Assembly: GCA_035445085.1 (NCBI GenBank)
Contig: DAOMQA010000004.1
Span: forward strand, 86,788-150,787
From: Candidatus Kapaibacterium sp.
GTDB lineage: Bacteria > Bacteroidota > Ignavibacteria > Kapaibacteriales > UBA2268
Reading direction: 5' to 3'
DNA: 64,000 nt
In this document: positions 9,022 through 19,517 of the stretch, piece after piece
Numbering within the stretch: the stretch's first letter is position 1
How the letters are laid out: every line of letters begins with the position of its first letter
The notes under the pieces: model-generated
Databases searched by the model: none
What the model saw: the letters and a program-made list of their open reading frames with translations, nothing else
Told to the model about the DNA's origin: nothing
Made by a program: the position numbers and the translations under genes

Positions 9022-11226
9022 ATGGAACTACAATATATAAAAGGAGTTGGACCAAGTCGCGCAAAAATATTAGAAAGCGCTGGATTAGCAACAATAGAAG
9101 ATTTAATAAACTATTATCCCAAATCATATATTGATAGAGAAGCAGTAAAAAGTATTAGGGAATTAAAGCACTTTATATTAAATAGAGATAATATAAAAAT
9201 TAACCTTAATGGAATAAATGATATTAAAATTTCAAGCGAAGTGTCAATAATTGGAAAAATTACTTATAAGAAAATACTGAACTTTTCTAAAAAAGAAATG
9301 TTAAAACTAACAATTAGCGATGGAAGCGATAGTTGTTCTATAATTTTTTGGAATAGGGCACAGTTTTTTGGAAAAGTTTATAGTATTGGCGAATTACTTT
9401 TAATAAGTGGCGTTCCCGAGTTAGATGATTATAAGCAATTAAGTTTTACGCACCCCGATATTGATAAAATAGACAAAGAAGACGAAGATAATTTTCATTT
9501 AGGGAAGATTTTACCCAAATATAGTTTAAATGATAAGTTAGTCAAAGGAAATATTACACAGAAAGTACTTAGATTAATAATTAAAAATACTTTTGATTTA
9601 TATAAAGTTAAAATCGTTGAAACTCTACCGCCACATATCCTGTTTAAATATAATTTAGACAGTTTAGAAAAGAGTATTATGAATATACATTTCCCAGAGG
9701 ATAAGCAAGAGTTAGAGAGTGCCATTTATAGGCTGAAATTTGATGAGATTCTATATTATCTGCTAAATGTAAAATTACTTAAATCTGGCTATCAACACAA
9801 ATATAATGGGATAAAGATAGATTCTAAAAGCATTAAAGCAAGAACTTTATATGATAGTTTGCCATTTGAATTAACCAAAGACCAAAAAAAAGTATTGAAT
9901 GATATCGCCAAAGATATGAAATCAGACGAGCCAATGAACCGCCTAATACAGGGCGATGTTGGCTCTGGTAAGACAATAGTATCAATTTTGGCAATGCTTA
10001 TGGTAGTTGATGCAGGTTATCAATGTTTAATAATGGCGCCAACTGAAATATTAGCTGAGCAACATTATAGGAGCTTAAGTAATTATTTAAGTACCTTCGG
10101 CATAAAAATATACTTATTAACGGGAAGTATTAGATCTAAATTAAAAAAAGAAATACTTGCTAATATCAAAGAGGAATCACCTGTTATAATTATAGGCACA
10201 CATGCCCTTTTTCAAAGTAACATCGAATACAAAGACTTAGCGCTAATTGTCATTGATGAACAACATAGATTTGGAGTAGAACAAAGAGCAGACTTAATAG
10301 ATAGAGCTAAACTATCATTAGACAGGACAGATATAAGCCCACATATTTTAGTCTTAAGTGCTACTCCAATTCCTAGGACCTTAAGCATGACAATTTACGG
10401 GGATTTAGATATTTCCATTATTAAATCTATGCCTAAAAATAGAAAGGCAATTATTAGCAAAGTTGTTTTTGATAGCGATAGGCTCAAGGTTTATAATTTT
10501 ATAAAAGAGAATATTAGGAAAGGTTACCAAGCTTTTATAGTATATCCCTTAGTTGAGAAATCAGAAAAATTAGAACTAAAGGCTGCCACAGAGCATTACG
10601 AAGCTCTTTGTAATGAAATATTCCCAGAACTTAAAATTGGTTTAATTCATGGGCAAATGCCTTGGAATGAGAAAGATGAGGTAATGCAGAAATTTTTAAA
10701 TAAAGAATTTCATATTTTAGTAGCTACTACCGTCATTGAGGTTGGTATAGATATTCCTAATGCTAATATTATGCTAATTGAAGATGCACATAGATTTGGA
10801 TTGTCCCAATTACACCAATTACGCGGAAGAGTTGGGCGGTCAGACCTACAATCATATTGTTTTTTAATGACAAAAGAACATTATAAATTTCATATCAACA
10901 AGAAAAAAGAGGATTCAGCCTTTGAAAGGAACTTAGCTATCATTAGATTGAATGCAATGGAAAAAACTAATGATGGCTTTGAATTAGCAGAAATTGATTT
11001 GAAATTAAGAGGACCCGGAGACATGTTAGGCACTAAACAAAGTGGCTTGCCTGATTTCAATTTTTTAGATTTAGTAAATGATGTAGAACTCATTGAAAAT
11101 GTAAAAACTATAGTAGAAGAAATAATTATAGGCGATCCTGACTTTTCTAAATCGGAAAATAAAATATTAAAAAATGAATTACTATTCAGATATGGGAAAA
11201 ATAAATCTTTCTATAATATAGCTTAA
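9022..11226 (+). CDS. recG: ATP-dependent DNA helicase RecG
   Basis: Wedge/OB N-domain followed by SF2 helicase motifs (GDVGSGKTIVSILAM, DEQHRFGV, QLRGRVGR). The start is placed at MELQYIKG, directly after the upstream stop. The track ORF begins 21 nt earlier in the same frame. Confidence 0.9.
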   Translation: MELQYIKGVGPSRAKILESAGLATIEDLINYYPKSYIDREAVKSIRELKHFILNRDNIKINLNGINDIKISSEVSIIGKITYKKILNFSKKEMLKLTISDGSDSCSIIFWNRAQFFGKVYSIGELLLISGVPELDDYKQLSFTHPDIDKIDKEDEDNFHLGKILPKYSLNDKLVKGNITQKVLRLIIKNTFDLYKVKIVETLPPHILFKYNLDSLEKSIMNIHFPEDKQELESAIYRLKFDEILYYLLNVKLLKSGYQHKYNGIKIDSKSIKARTLYDSLPFELTKDQKKVLNDIAKDMKSDEPMNRLIQGDVGSGKTIVSILAMLMVVDAGYQCLIMAPTEILAEQHYRSLSNYLSTFGIKIYLLTGSIRSKLKKEILANIKEESPVIIIGTHALFQSNIEYKDLALIVIDEQHRFGVEQRADLIDRAKLSLDRTDISPHILVLSATPIPRTLSMTIYGDLDISIIKSMPKNRKAIISKVVFDSDRLKVYNFIKENIRKGYQAFIVYPLVEKSEKLELKAATEHYEALCNEIFPELKIGLIHGQMPWNEKDEVMQKFLNKEFHILVATTVIEVGIDIPNANIMLIEDAHRFGLSQLHQLRGRVGRSDLQSYCFLMTKEHYKFHINKKKEDSAFERNLAIIRLNAMEKTNDGFELAEIDLKLRGPGDMLGTKQSGLPDFNFLDLVNDVELIENVKTIVEEIIIGDPDFSKSENKILKNELLFRYGKNKSFYNIA

Positions 11227-11239
11227 TTGAGGAGGAATA

Positions 11240-14200
11240 ATGCCAATTATAGTTCATAATACAGAATTTGATATTAATAAAAACCAGCTTAATTTAAATG
11301 AAATTATTAGTAACTATATTGTTAAAGATAAAATAGATGAATTATTTATAGTATTACCTACTGCTAAATGGCAAAGATATTTGAATAATCATATTGTAAG
11401 GCAGTATTTTGAGCACCATAAAAAGCCTACACCATCTTTAAACATATATAATTTAAGTAAATTTACTGAATTTATATATTCAAAATTATTCAAGCAAAAT
11501 GAACATGTATTAATTTCCGATGCCTTTAGGCTTTCAAAGTTTGAGGAAGCATGCAACAAAGCAGACTTACATTTCTTTCGTAACTTTGGACAGAAAATGA
11601 ATTTAAATTTAGTAAAACGCTTATCAGATACAATCTATGGACTAAAGGAAGATGGTATCAGGGTAAATGATTTAATGAAGGATATTGAAGTAATTGCTAC
11701 TTCTATCGAGGGCGGTATTGACTATTCTTATGATTTAGGTCGTCTAAAAGATATTTATCAGATTTACAAAGAATTTGAATATTTATTAAAAAGTAAGTTA
11801 CTTGATTTGCCAGCTTTAATAGATTTAGTAAGCCAAAAGCTAAGTGATGTAAATTTACTAAACCCTAATAGTATTAAGGAATTAGTTTTTGACAATCGTG
11901 ATATAGTTATTTTTGTTTACGGCTTCACTGATTTTAAAAAGCCCGAGATTGATTTTTTATCAAAGTTTGGCTACTCAAATATTCCTTTAGCAATTCATAT
12001 TGACTTTTCTTCAAAGAATGGTCCTTTGTATAGCAATATGAGGGAAATAGTAAACTGGCTTGAACAAACGCAAAGATTTAAGTCTTTTGAAGATGACATG
12101 AATGACGAGCTTAATGGCAAGCAAGATCCAACACAGCTTAATATTAACACTTTTCTGCGTAAGCATTTGTTTATTGAAAAGAGTATTATGAACTACTCAC
12201 AACTAAACGACAAGCTAACTATTTATGAGCTTGACGATATAAATAATGAAGTGATATTTATAGCTAAATTAGTAAAAAAATTGATTATCGAAGATAAATA
12301 CAAAGCAAATGAGATATGCGTTGTAGCGCGTCAGCCATCAGTATATACCGATTTAATAAGAAATGAATTTAATAAAGAGAGAATTCCTCATAACATCTCT
12401 GATAGGTTCGAACTTAAAAGTTCACCCATAATCACTTTGATATTCAATGTATTAGAATTAATAACAAATGATTATCACCGAGACACTTATATCAAAATAC
12501 TAAAAAATCCACTTGTAAATTTTGAAAAGAATATAAAAGAAGATGTACACATTGATATCGATAATTTAATCAGGGTATTTTCTGCTTTTAAATTATTAAG
12601 GTACCCTTGGGACAATAAGTTTGACAGTAGAATAAACTATCTGAATCACAGAATTAATCAAAAGAATGAGGATGCTGCCGAAGAATTTGAAATCAATTTA
12701 TTAAAACATGAATTAGCTAATGTAATTAAAGCAAAAAATGATTTTTTAATTATTAACTCAAAATTACCACAATTAAATGGTAAAACTGATCTTACTTCAG
12801 ATGAGTTTACTAACTTAGTCAAAGATAATATTATAGATAGGTTAGGAGTCATTGAAAAGATTAAAGACTTTTATAAGAGGACATTTGAAATACATACTAA
12901 AGGGCTATATACATCACATATTAATTTTACAATTGATGAAATAGAAAAGTTATCTAAATCTATCAATAAATTTATAAAACTACTTAATGAGATAAATTAC
13001 ATCAATAATATGCTAAATCCCAATATCAAATTTAGTATTTATGAGCTCATTGAAAGGTTAAAGATTGCTGTTAGCGGTGAAAAATATAATATTCATGAAA
13101 AAGTAAACTACGGAGTAGATATAACCTCTATTGAACAAACAAGAGGTATTCCATATAAAGTCTCTATCTTATGCGGAGCTTTTGAAGGCAATCTACCTAT
13201 TGCCTTCAAAACAGATTCATTTATTGGCAAAGACATACCCAATTCTAAAGAACGACACTATAATTCAGAACAAGTACAATTTTATCAATTTCTGACTAAT
13301 AATTCTGCTCAACAAGGTTATAAGCTATTTATTACTTATCCTAGTAAAATGGATAATAATGACTTGGTGCCATCGCACTTTTTATTATCATTATATAAAA
13401 TTACTGGCATAGACAAGCATTCACTCTATAAAATATCCTACAACAACGTTGAGCATATGAAATGGTTTAGTTATTTAACTAATATCAGCGAAATTGAAGA
13501 GGAACGATTTAAAACGCTACACGATAAGCATGATACGTATTTTAATTACTTAGCTAACAGGAAATCTACACTACCTCTAGTTCGTATCCTCTCCGATAAC
13601 CCTCAAGTAGATTATAATTTTAATATAGATAGTAATAGTATATTATCAATATCAACTCTTGAAAACTACAATGAATGCCCTTATAAATACTATGTATCAA
13701 AAGTTTTAAAAATTCAAGAAGAAAAAGACACTAACAAGGAATTGTCTTCTTTAGAAAAAGGAGATTTAATTCATTATGTTCTATTTAAATTTTATAATAG
13801 CTTAAAAGAGGATATAGCATCTGATAATTCTAATACTACATTTAATACAATCAAGCTATGCACACAAAAACAAGATGAAATCTATACTTTATTTATTCAT
13901 ATAGCGCATGCAATTTTCAAAGAATTTAAAGACTCCGATATATTCTTTGATTTATTCTATAATGAAATGTTAGGATTTGATTTTAGAGAAGAGTTAGGCG
14001 AATACCCAGGTTTAAGTGATAATAAGGGCAAGCTATTACAATGGTTAAAGAAGGAGTTAAAAAGACAATCTGACGATAAATTTTATAAACCAGCTTTATT
14101 TGAATATGCTTTTGGCTTTAAAAAAGAAACAGCAGTACTTATAGATAATAAATTTAGATTACGTGGTAAGATTGATAGGATTGAATTAAAAGAAGGAGAT

Positions 14201-14641
14201 AACGTAATTAAATTTAATGTTGCAGACTATAAAATGGTCTTAGGCAAAAAACATTCATATTCTTCAATTATCAAAGGCGAGTCATTACAAATGCCTTTAT
14301 ATATGTATGCTTTCAAAAAGATATTAGAGGGACAAGAGGCAATAAATAAATTACAAGTTGATTACCATGGGGCAGTATACTATCCTACTACTAAGTTTTA
14401 TGAAAATAAAAATAGCGTTTTTTATAAATTTGCACTATATGATGATGAATTAATAGAGCAAGAAGTCAGCCCAAGGTCAAAAAAGAATATTAAAAACATT
14501 AATGAAGTAATTGATAATTCAATCCAGCACGCAAGCCACATCGTTGATAATATCAATAGTGGAATTTTTGATATAAAGCCAGGGCGGCACTGCCAATTTT
14601 GTACCTTTGCTGCTATTTGTAGAAAAAACACTTTAATTTAA
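11240..14641 (+). CDS. AddB-like PD-(D/E)XK (RecB-family) nuclease with a Cas4/AddB-type Fe-S cluster and a degenerate N-terminal helicase-like region
   Basis: 1133 aa. The C-terminal nuclease module has Cys in ECPYKYYV, RecB motifs GKIDRIE / ADYKMV / QMPLY, and a terminal C-x2-C-x5-C (HCQFCTFAAIC). The N-terminal roughly 800 aa has no intact Walker A (LPTAKWQ sits where GSGKT is expected). Strong SD GGAGG lies 6 nt before the ATG, 13 nt after the recG stop. Confidence 0.6.
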   Translation: MPIIVHNTEFDINKNQLNLNEIISNYIVKDKIDELFIVLPTAKWQRYLNNHIVRQYFEHHKKPTPSLNIYNLSKFTEFIYSKLFKQNEHVLISDAFRLSKFEEACNKADLHFFRNFGQKMNLNLVKRLSDTIYGLKEDGIRVNDLMKDIEVIATSIEGGIDYSYDLGRLKDIYQIYKEFEYLLKSKLLDLPALIDLVSQKLSDVNLLNPNSIKELVFDNRDIVIFVYGFTDFKKPEIDFLSKFGYSNIPLAIHIDFSSKNGPLYSNMREIVNWLEQTQRFKSFEDDMNDELNGKQDPTQLNINTFLRKHLFIEKSIMNYSQLNDKLTIYELDDINNEVIFIAKLVKKLIIEDKYKANEICVVARQPSVYTDLIRNEFNKERIPHNISDRFELKSSPIITLIFNVLELITNDYHRDTYIKILKNPLVNFEKNIKEDVHIDIDNLIRVFSAFKLLRYPWDNKFDSRINYLNHRINQKNEDAAEEFEINLLKHELANVIKAKNDFLIINSKLPQLNGKTDLTSDEFTNLVKDNIIDRLGVIEKIKDFYKRTFEIHTKGLYTSHINFTIDEIEKLSKSINKFIKLLNEINYINNMLNPNIKFSIYELIERLKIAVSGEKYNIHEKVNYGVDITSIEQTRGIPYKVSILCGAFEGNLPIAFKTDSFIGKDIPNSKERHYNSEQVQFYQFLTNNSAQQGYKLFITYPSKMDNNDLVPSHFLLSLYKITGIDKHSLYKISYNNVEHMKWFSYLTNISEIEEERFKTLHDKHDTYFNYLANRKSTLPLVRILSDNPQVDYNFNIDSNSILSISTLENYNECPYKYYVSKVLKIQEEKDTNKELSSLEKGDLIHYVLFKFYNSLKEDIASDNSNTTFNTIKLCTQKQDEIYTLFIHIAHAIFKEFKDSDIFFDLFYNEMLGFDFREELGEYPGLSDNKGKLLQWLKKELKRQSDDKFYKPALFEYAFGFKKETAVLIDNKFRLRGKIDRIELKEGDNVIKFNVADYKMVLGKKHSYSSIIKGESLQMPLYMYAFKKILEGQEAINKLQVDYHGAVYYPTTKFYENKNSVFYKFALYDDELIEQEVSPRSKKNIKNINEVIDNSIQHASHIVDNINSGIFDIKPGRHCQFCTFAAICRKNTLI

Positions 14642-14642
14642 C

Positions 14643-15755
14643 TTATTTAAAAATTTGATCTTTCCACTTAATATTTGATTTAAATACAAGGGGCGGTATA
14701 AGTAATTCCATAATAAGAAAGAAAGCTACTGCTGGCAACGTCCATTTTACTATATTGCTTTTACCAATACCAATGAGCGCTTGGCTGATAAGGATAGAAT
14801 CGCTTACCAATCTAACTGTTAATAATATCAAAAATAATAAATATTGTCCACTAAATAATGTCGCAAGCAAAGCACCCCATACTGCTACAGAACTTAATAC
14901 AAAGAAAAATGCAACCCATTTAAGATCTAAACCACCTCTACCCCATCTCCTTAATTGGGAAACTAAGTCTGGAAAGGATTTACAAGGATTAGTTTCAACT
15001 ACAGCATCAGGATTGGTTATATAGGTAGCAATCCCACCCATTTTCATTATTGTCTTCAATAATGCATAATCTTCAGTTATTGAAAATGGTATTTTGCTAT
15101 AACCCCCTATTTCTTTATATATATTACGTCTAATTGCAAGGTTAGTTCCAAAACAACCTAAAGGATAATTAAATGCCGGACCTGCGCTTGCCATTTTGTG
15201 AAGATATACCCATTGAACGGCTTGTATTTTATCAAAAATTCTATCTCCCTTAAGCGTCGTGTAAGCGGATACAATATTAACTTTAGGGTTTGAAAAATAC
15301 TTTACAATTGTAGAAATCCACTTCGGATTTACTTCACAATCTGCATCAGTCATTAGTATCAATTCACCTTTAGATATATTAATTCCATAGTCTAATGCTC
15401 CTGGTTTACCTCTCAAATTATTATTCTTATTTGCTTCGCTAATATTTATAATTTTTAAATTAGGAATACTTAAAGCTAATTTATCTAATATTTTCAACGT
15501 GTTATCTTTTGAACGATCATTTACTGCAATAATCTCATAATTATCAATAGGATAATTTGATTTGCTAATACAAGTTATTGCATTCTCTATATTATTTTCT
15601 TCGTTACGGGCAGGAACAATTATTGATACAAATGGCTGATAATCTAATTGTAAATCTTCAACAGACTTTCTTTTGGTTTTTCTGGCGCCAATAAAAATCA
15701 GCAAACTCCTTATTATAAAGAGTAAAATTGCAATATATGCTATTATTAATATCAT
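14643..15755 (-). CDS. Glycosyltransferase family 2 membrane protein
   Basis: N-terminal TM helix, then the GT-A motifs VSIIVPARNEE, MTDADC and QxxRW-like (QLRRWGRGG), followed by C-terminal TM helices. Confidence 0.75.
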   Translation of the reverse strand: MILIIAYIAILLFIIRSLLIFIGARKTKRKSVEDLQLDYQPFVSIIVPARNEENNIENAITCISKSNYPIDNYEIIAVNDRSKDNTLKILDKLALSIPNLKIINISEANKNNNLRGKPGALDYGINISKGELILMTDADCEVNPKWISTIVKYFSNPKVNIVSAYTTLKGDRIFDKIQAVQWVYLHKMASAGPAFNYPLGCFGTNLAIRRNIYKEIGGYSKIPFSITEDYALLKTIMKMGGIATYITNPDAVVETNPCKSFPDLVSQLRRWGRGGLDLKWVAFFFVLSSVAVWGALLATLFSGQYLLFLILLTVRLVSDSILISQALIGIGKSNIVKWTLPAVAFFLIMELLIPPLVFKSNIKWKDQIFK

Positions 15756-15795
15756 TTGTTATATACAATCTATCAAAAATAATTACCCAACACAA

Positions 15796-15822
15796 TACAA
15801 GGGAGCATATGCCCCCTTGTGT
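15796..15822 (-). terminator. Stem-loop, putative clpC terminator
   Basis: ACAAGGGAGCAT/ATGCCCCCTTGT inverted repeat 44 nt downstream of the clpC stop. The flanking T-tract is only moderate. Confidence 0.35.
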
Positions 15823-15865
15823 ATCTTTTAATATTTAGTAAACCTTTAATTATCTTACAATTAAC

Positions 15866-18382
15866 CTAATTAATAGGTTCTTCTAAAGTCTTTAATCTTT
15901 GTTGAGTCATTAACTTTTCATCTAATACAGTTTCACCTGGTACATAAGTAAACTTTAAGTTCTTATTTATATCATCATAATCGGCAGAAATCGTAGCTCC
16001 TATACCAAGATTTTCCCTTAATATAAGTTCAGCTAACTCATCTTCAACGTATTTCTGAATAGATCTACGCAATGGCCTAGCTCCATACTTTTGGTCATAC
16101 CCTTTTTCAACAAGAAAATCTTTTGCCTTATCAGATAAAATTAATTCCATTTTATTATTTTTAATACGTTTCATTAATTCACGTAATTGAATATCAATAA
16201 TACCATAAATATGAGATTTATCTAATTGGTGGAATACTATAAAATCATCAACTCTATTAATAAATTCTGGGTTAAACATTCTCTTAACTGCTTCATCTAT
16301 AATAGACTTAACATTTTCAAAATCTTCTTTTTCCTTATTTGCAGAGAAGCCAATTTTACCACCAGCTTTCACATCTCTAGTGCCAATATTTGAAGTCATT
16401 ATAATTATAGTGTTCTTAAAATCCACCTTTCTACCCAATCCATCAGTTAAAATACCATCATCAAAAACTTGTAATAATATATTAAATACATCTGGGTGAG
16501 CCTTCTCGATTTCATCTAATAATATAATACTGTATGGTTTTCTTCTAACTTTTTCGGTTAATTGTCCGCCTTCTTCATAACCAACATAACCAGGAGGTGC
16601 ACCAACTAATCTCGAAACAGAAAACTTTTCAATATATTCACTCATATCAATTCTAATTAAAGCATCTTCTGTATTAAACATTACACGCGCTAGCGCTTTT
16701 GCTAATTCAGTTTTACCAACACCTGTGGGACCCAAGAACATAAATGAACCAATTGGTCTTTTTGGGTCTTTAAGTCCAGCTCTTGCTCTACGTATCGCTT
16801 TAGACAGCGAATCAATAGCATCATTTTGCCCTACAACGTATTGCTTTAAGTCGTCTGATAATTTTAATAATTTATTAGTTTCTGATTCGGCAATTTTGTT
16901 TACAGGAATACCTGTTATCATTGCTACTACATCCGATACATCGTCTTCGGTAACAGGAAATACATTTTCGGTAGATTTACTTTCCCAATTTATTTTTGCC
17001 TGCTCCAGATCGCTTTGAAGTTTTCTTTCTTCATCTCTTAATCTAGCTGCTTCTTCAAAGTTTTGCTTTTTAACTACTAAATTTTTATCATTTCTAATAG
17101 TATTAATCTTTTCTTCTAACTCTATTATATCTTTAGGTACTACAATATTAGCTAAATGCACTTTAGCACCAGCTTCATCTAATACATCAATAGCCTTATC
17201 TGGAAACATTCTATCTGATATATATCTATCAGATAAATGAACACAACTTAAAATAGCTTCATCTGTATAAGCTACATTATGATGTTCTTCATATTTATCC
17301 TTAATATTATTGAGGATAGTGATAGTATCTTCTGCGGTAGGTGGCTCAACCAATACTTTTTGAAAACGCCTATCCAAAGCTCCATCTTTTTCAATAAATT
17401 GCCTATACTCATCTAAAGTTGTTGCACCAATACATTGTATATCCCCTCTTGCTAGTGCAGGCTTAAACATATTAGAAGCATCTAAAGAGCCTGAAGCACC
17501 TCCAGCACCAACAATAGTATGAATCTCATCAATAAATAAAATTACATCGGTAGCTTTTTCTAATTCTGTAAGTACAGCTTTCATTCTTTCTTCAAATTGC
17601 CCGCGGTATTTGGTGCCAGCAACTAAGGATGCAACATCTAAGGTAACAATTCTTTTATCGAATAATGCGCGTGATACTTTCTTTTGAACTATCTGTAAAG
17701 CTAATCCTTCAACAATAGCTGTTTTGCCTACACCAGGTTCACCAATAAGGACTGGATTATTTTTCTTCCTCCTAGATAAGACCTGAGATACTCTTTCTAT
17801 TTCTTTACTTCTACCGATAACTGGGTCTAACTTTCCTTCTAATGCTAACTTAGTTAAATCCCTTCCAAAGTTATCTAAGACAGGTGTCTTTGGCTTTTCT
17901 TTACTATTTTTAGTCTTTTGAGCTACTTGCTTAGGTGCTGTTGGAGTACCATTCAAAATATTATCTAATTCTTTCTTTGAATTTTCGTAAAAGACTGCAA
18001 ATTGAGCTAATATTTGAGCTGCGATATTCTCTTCGTCTCTCAATAGAGAAAGCAGCAAATGTTCAGTCCCAATAACATCTGACTTATATAATTTTGCTTC
18101 TAAATATGTAATTTTTAATACTTTTTCTGCTTGTTTAGTTAAAGGAATGTTACCAATTGTCATAGTACCACTATTAGATTTAACCGTATCTTCTATACTT
18201 CTTTTTAATTTATATAGATCAGTACCTAGATTCTTTAAAATCTTAACAGCTAAACCTTCCCCTTCTCTAATAATACCTAATAGCAGGTGTTCAGTTCCAA
18301 TATAATCATGACCTAATCTAATAGCTTCTTCTCTACTTAGTCTAATTACATCATTTACTCTGCTTGAGAAATTTCCTTCCAT
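15866..18382 (-). CDS. clpC: ATP-dependent Clp protease ATP-binding subunit ClpC (class I AAA+ with Clp_N repeats)
   Basis: Two Clp_N repeats ([15 protein letters not shown] / [11 protein letters not shown]), two AAA+ modules ([18 protein letters not shown]), a short UVR-like linker and the sensor/KYGARPLRR motif. Confidence 0.85.
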   Translation of the reverse strand: MEGNFSSRVNDVIRLSREEAIRLGHDYIGTEHLLLGIIREGEGLAVKILKNLGTDLYKLKRSIEDTVKSNSGTMTIGNIPLTKQAEKVLKITYLEAKLYKSDVIGTEHLLLSLLRDEENIAAQILAQFAVFYENSKKELDNILNGTPTAPKQVAQKTKNSKEKPKTPVLDNFGRDLTKLALEGKLDPVIGRSKEIERVSQVLSRRKKNNPVLIGEPGVGKTAIVEGLALQIVQKKVSRALFDKRIVTLDVASLVAGTKYRGQFEERMKAVLTELEKATDVILFIDEIHTIVGAGGASGSLDASNMFKPALARGDIQCIGATTLDEYRQFIEKDGALDRRFQKVLVEPPTAEDTITILNNIKDKYEEHHNVAYTDEAILSCVHLSDRYISDRMFPDKAIDVLDEAGAKVHLANIVVPKDIIELEEKINTIRNDKNLVVKKQNFEEAARLRDEERKLQSDLEQAKINWESKSTENVFPVTEDDVSDVVAMITGIPVNKIAESETNKLLKLSDDLKQYVVGQNDAIDSLSKAIRRARAGLKDPKRPIGSFMFLGPTGVGKTELAKALARVMFNTEDALIRIDMSEYIEKFSVSRLVGAPPGYVGYEEGGQLTEKVRRKPYSIILLDEIEKAHPDVFNILLQVFDDGILTDGLGRKVDFKNTIIIMTSNIGTRDVKAGGKIGFSANKEKEDFENVKSIIDEAVKRMFNPEFINRVDDFIVFHQLDKSHIYGIIDIQLRELMKRIKNNKMELILSDKAKDFLVEKGYDQKYGARPLRRSIQKYVEDELAELILRENLGIGATISADYDDINKNLKFTYVPGETVLDEKLMTQQRLKTLEEPIN

Positions 18383-18537
18383 AAATTTTCCAATTTACAA
18401 CATTTGTTATATTCGACGTGAAAATTATAATAATATTTGTTTTTGAGCTTATAGCAACAATTTTACTATAATCATTTAAAAAAAAATAATACTTTTGCTA
18501 TATTCTTTAGTAAATAAATTGATGGTATGTTTTCCTT

Positions 18538-19512
18538 ATGAGTAAATCAATAAAAAAGATTTTGATAACTGGTGCATTAGGCCAAATTGGTTCAGAATTA
18601 ACCCAAGAATTAAGAAAAAAATATGGTATTGACAACGTAATTGCTTCCGATATAAGGAATAATCCACCAGAGCACTTTGCTAATTCGGGCACTTATGAAT
18701 GTATAGATGTTCTTAATAGAGAAAGCATTGAAAATGTCGTTAATAAATACAATATAGACACTATTTTTCATTTAGCTGCAATTCTTTCGGCAGCTGGCGA
18801 AAGAGATCCGCTTTTCTGTTGGAACGTCAATATGAATGGTTCATTAAATATATTAGAAATTGGCGTAAAATACAAATTAAATAGGGTGATTATCCCAAGT
18901 TCGATTGCTGTTTGGGGGAAACATGCCCCGCAAGAAAACACTCCACAGGAAACGGTCCTCAAACCAAGCTCGATGTACGGTATCACAAAGGTAGCTGGTG
19001 AATTATTATGCGATTATTATGTTAGCAAATTTGGGTTAGATTGCAGAGGGCTTCGTTATCCGGGTATTATTTCTTCCGAGACTTTACCTGGTGGCGGCAC
19101 TACTGATTATGCTGTCGAAATTTTCTATGAAGCAGTAAAAAATAAGAAATATAATTGTTTTCTGAGAGCAAATACTATTCTGCCAATGATGTATATGCCA
19201 GATTGTATTAAAGCTACTATTGATTTAGCCGAAGCGGATTTTGACAAATTAGATCATCATAGCGACTATAATTTAGCTGCATTTAGTTTTGACCCTCAAA
19301 CCTTAGCGAATGAAATAAAAAAACACATACCTGAATTTGAAATTAGTTATAACCCAGATTATCGCCAAGCAATTGCTGATAGTTGGCCTCAATCTATTGA
19401 TGATTCAAGCGCAAGAAATGAGTGGGGCTGGTCTCCTAATTTTGATTTACAATCAATGACTAAAGATATGATTATTAGATTAACTGATAAATATAAAAAT
19501 GGATTGATATAA
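18538..19512 (+). CDS. tdh: NAD-dependent epimerase/dehydratase-family L-threonine 3-dehydrogenase (SDR/GalE-like TDH type)
   Basis: ILITGALGQIGSEL Rossmann motif and YGITK catalytic Y/K. The block GLDCRGLRYPGIISSETLPGGGTTDYAVEIF is near-identical in pattern to the animal/flavobacterial SDR-type TDH. Confidence 0.62.
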   Translation: MSKSIKKILITGALGQIGSELTQELRKKYGIDNVIASDIRNNPPEHFANSGTYECIDVLNRESIENVVNKYNIDTIFHLAAILSAAGERDPLFCWNVNMNGSLNILEIGVKYKLNRVIIPSSIAVWGKHAPQENTPQETVLKPSSMYGITKVAGELLCDYYVSKFGLDCRGLRYPGIISSETLPGGGTTDYAVEIFYEAVKNKKYNCFLRANTILPMMYMPDCIKATIDLAEADFDKLDHHSDYNLAAFSFDPQTLANEIKKHIPEFEISYNPDYRQAIADSWPQSIDDSSARNEWGWSPNFDLQSMTKDMIIRLTDKYKNGLI

Positions 19513-19517
19513 TATAA

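Noticed and set aside
16725-17018. 97-aa plus-strand ORF inside clpC
   Set aside because: It is antisense to the clpC AAA+ module. Shadow ORF.
18443-18472. Sigma-70-like TTGAGC-N18-TATAAT upstream of the TDH-like gene
   Set aside because: It is a plausible hexamer pair, but in DNA this AT-rich such matches arise by chance. The organism also shows an FCB-type promoter at tRNA-Phe, so I did not annotate it.
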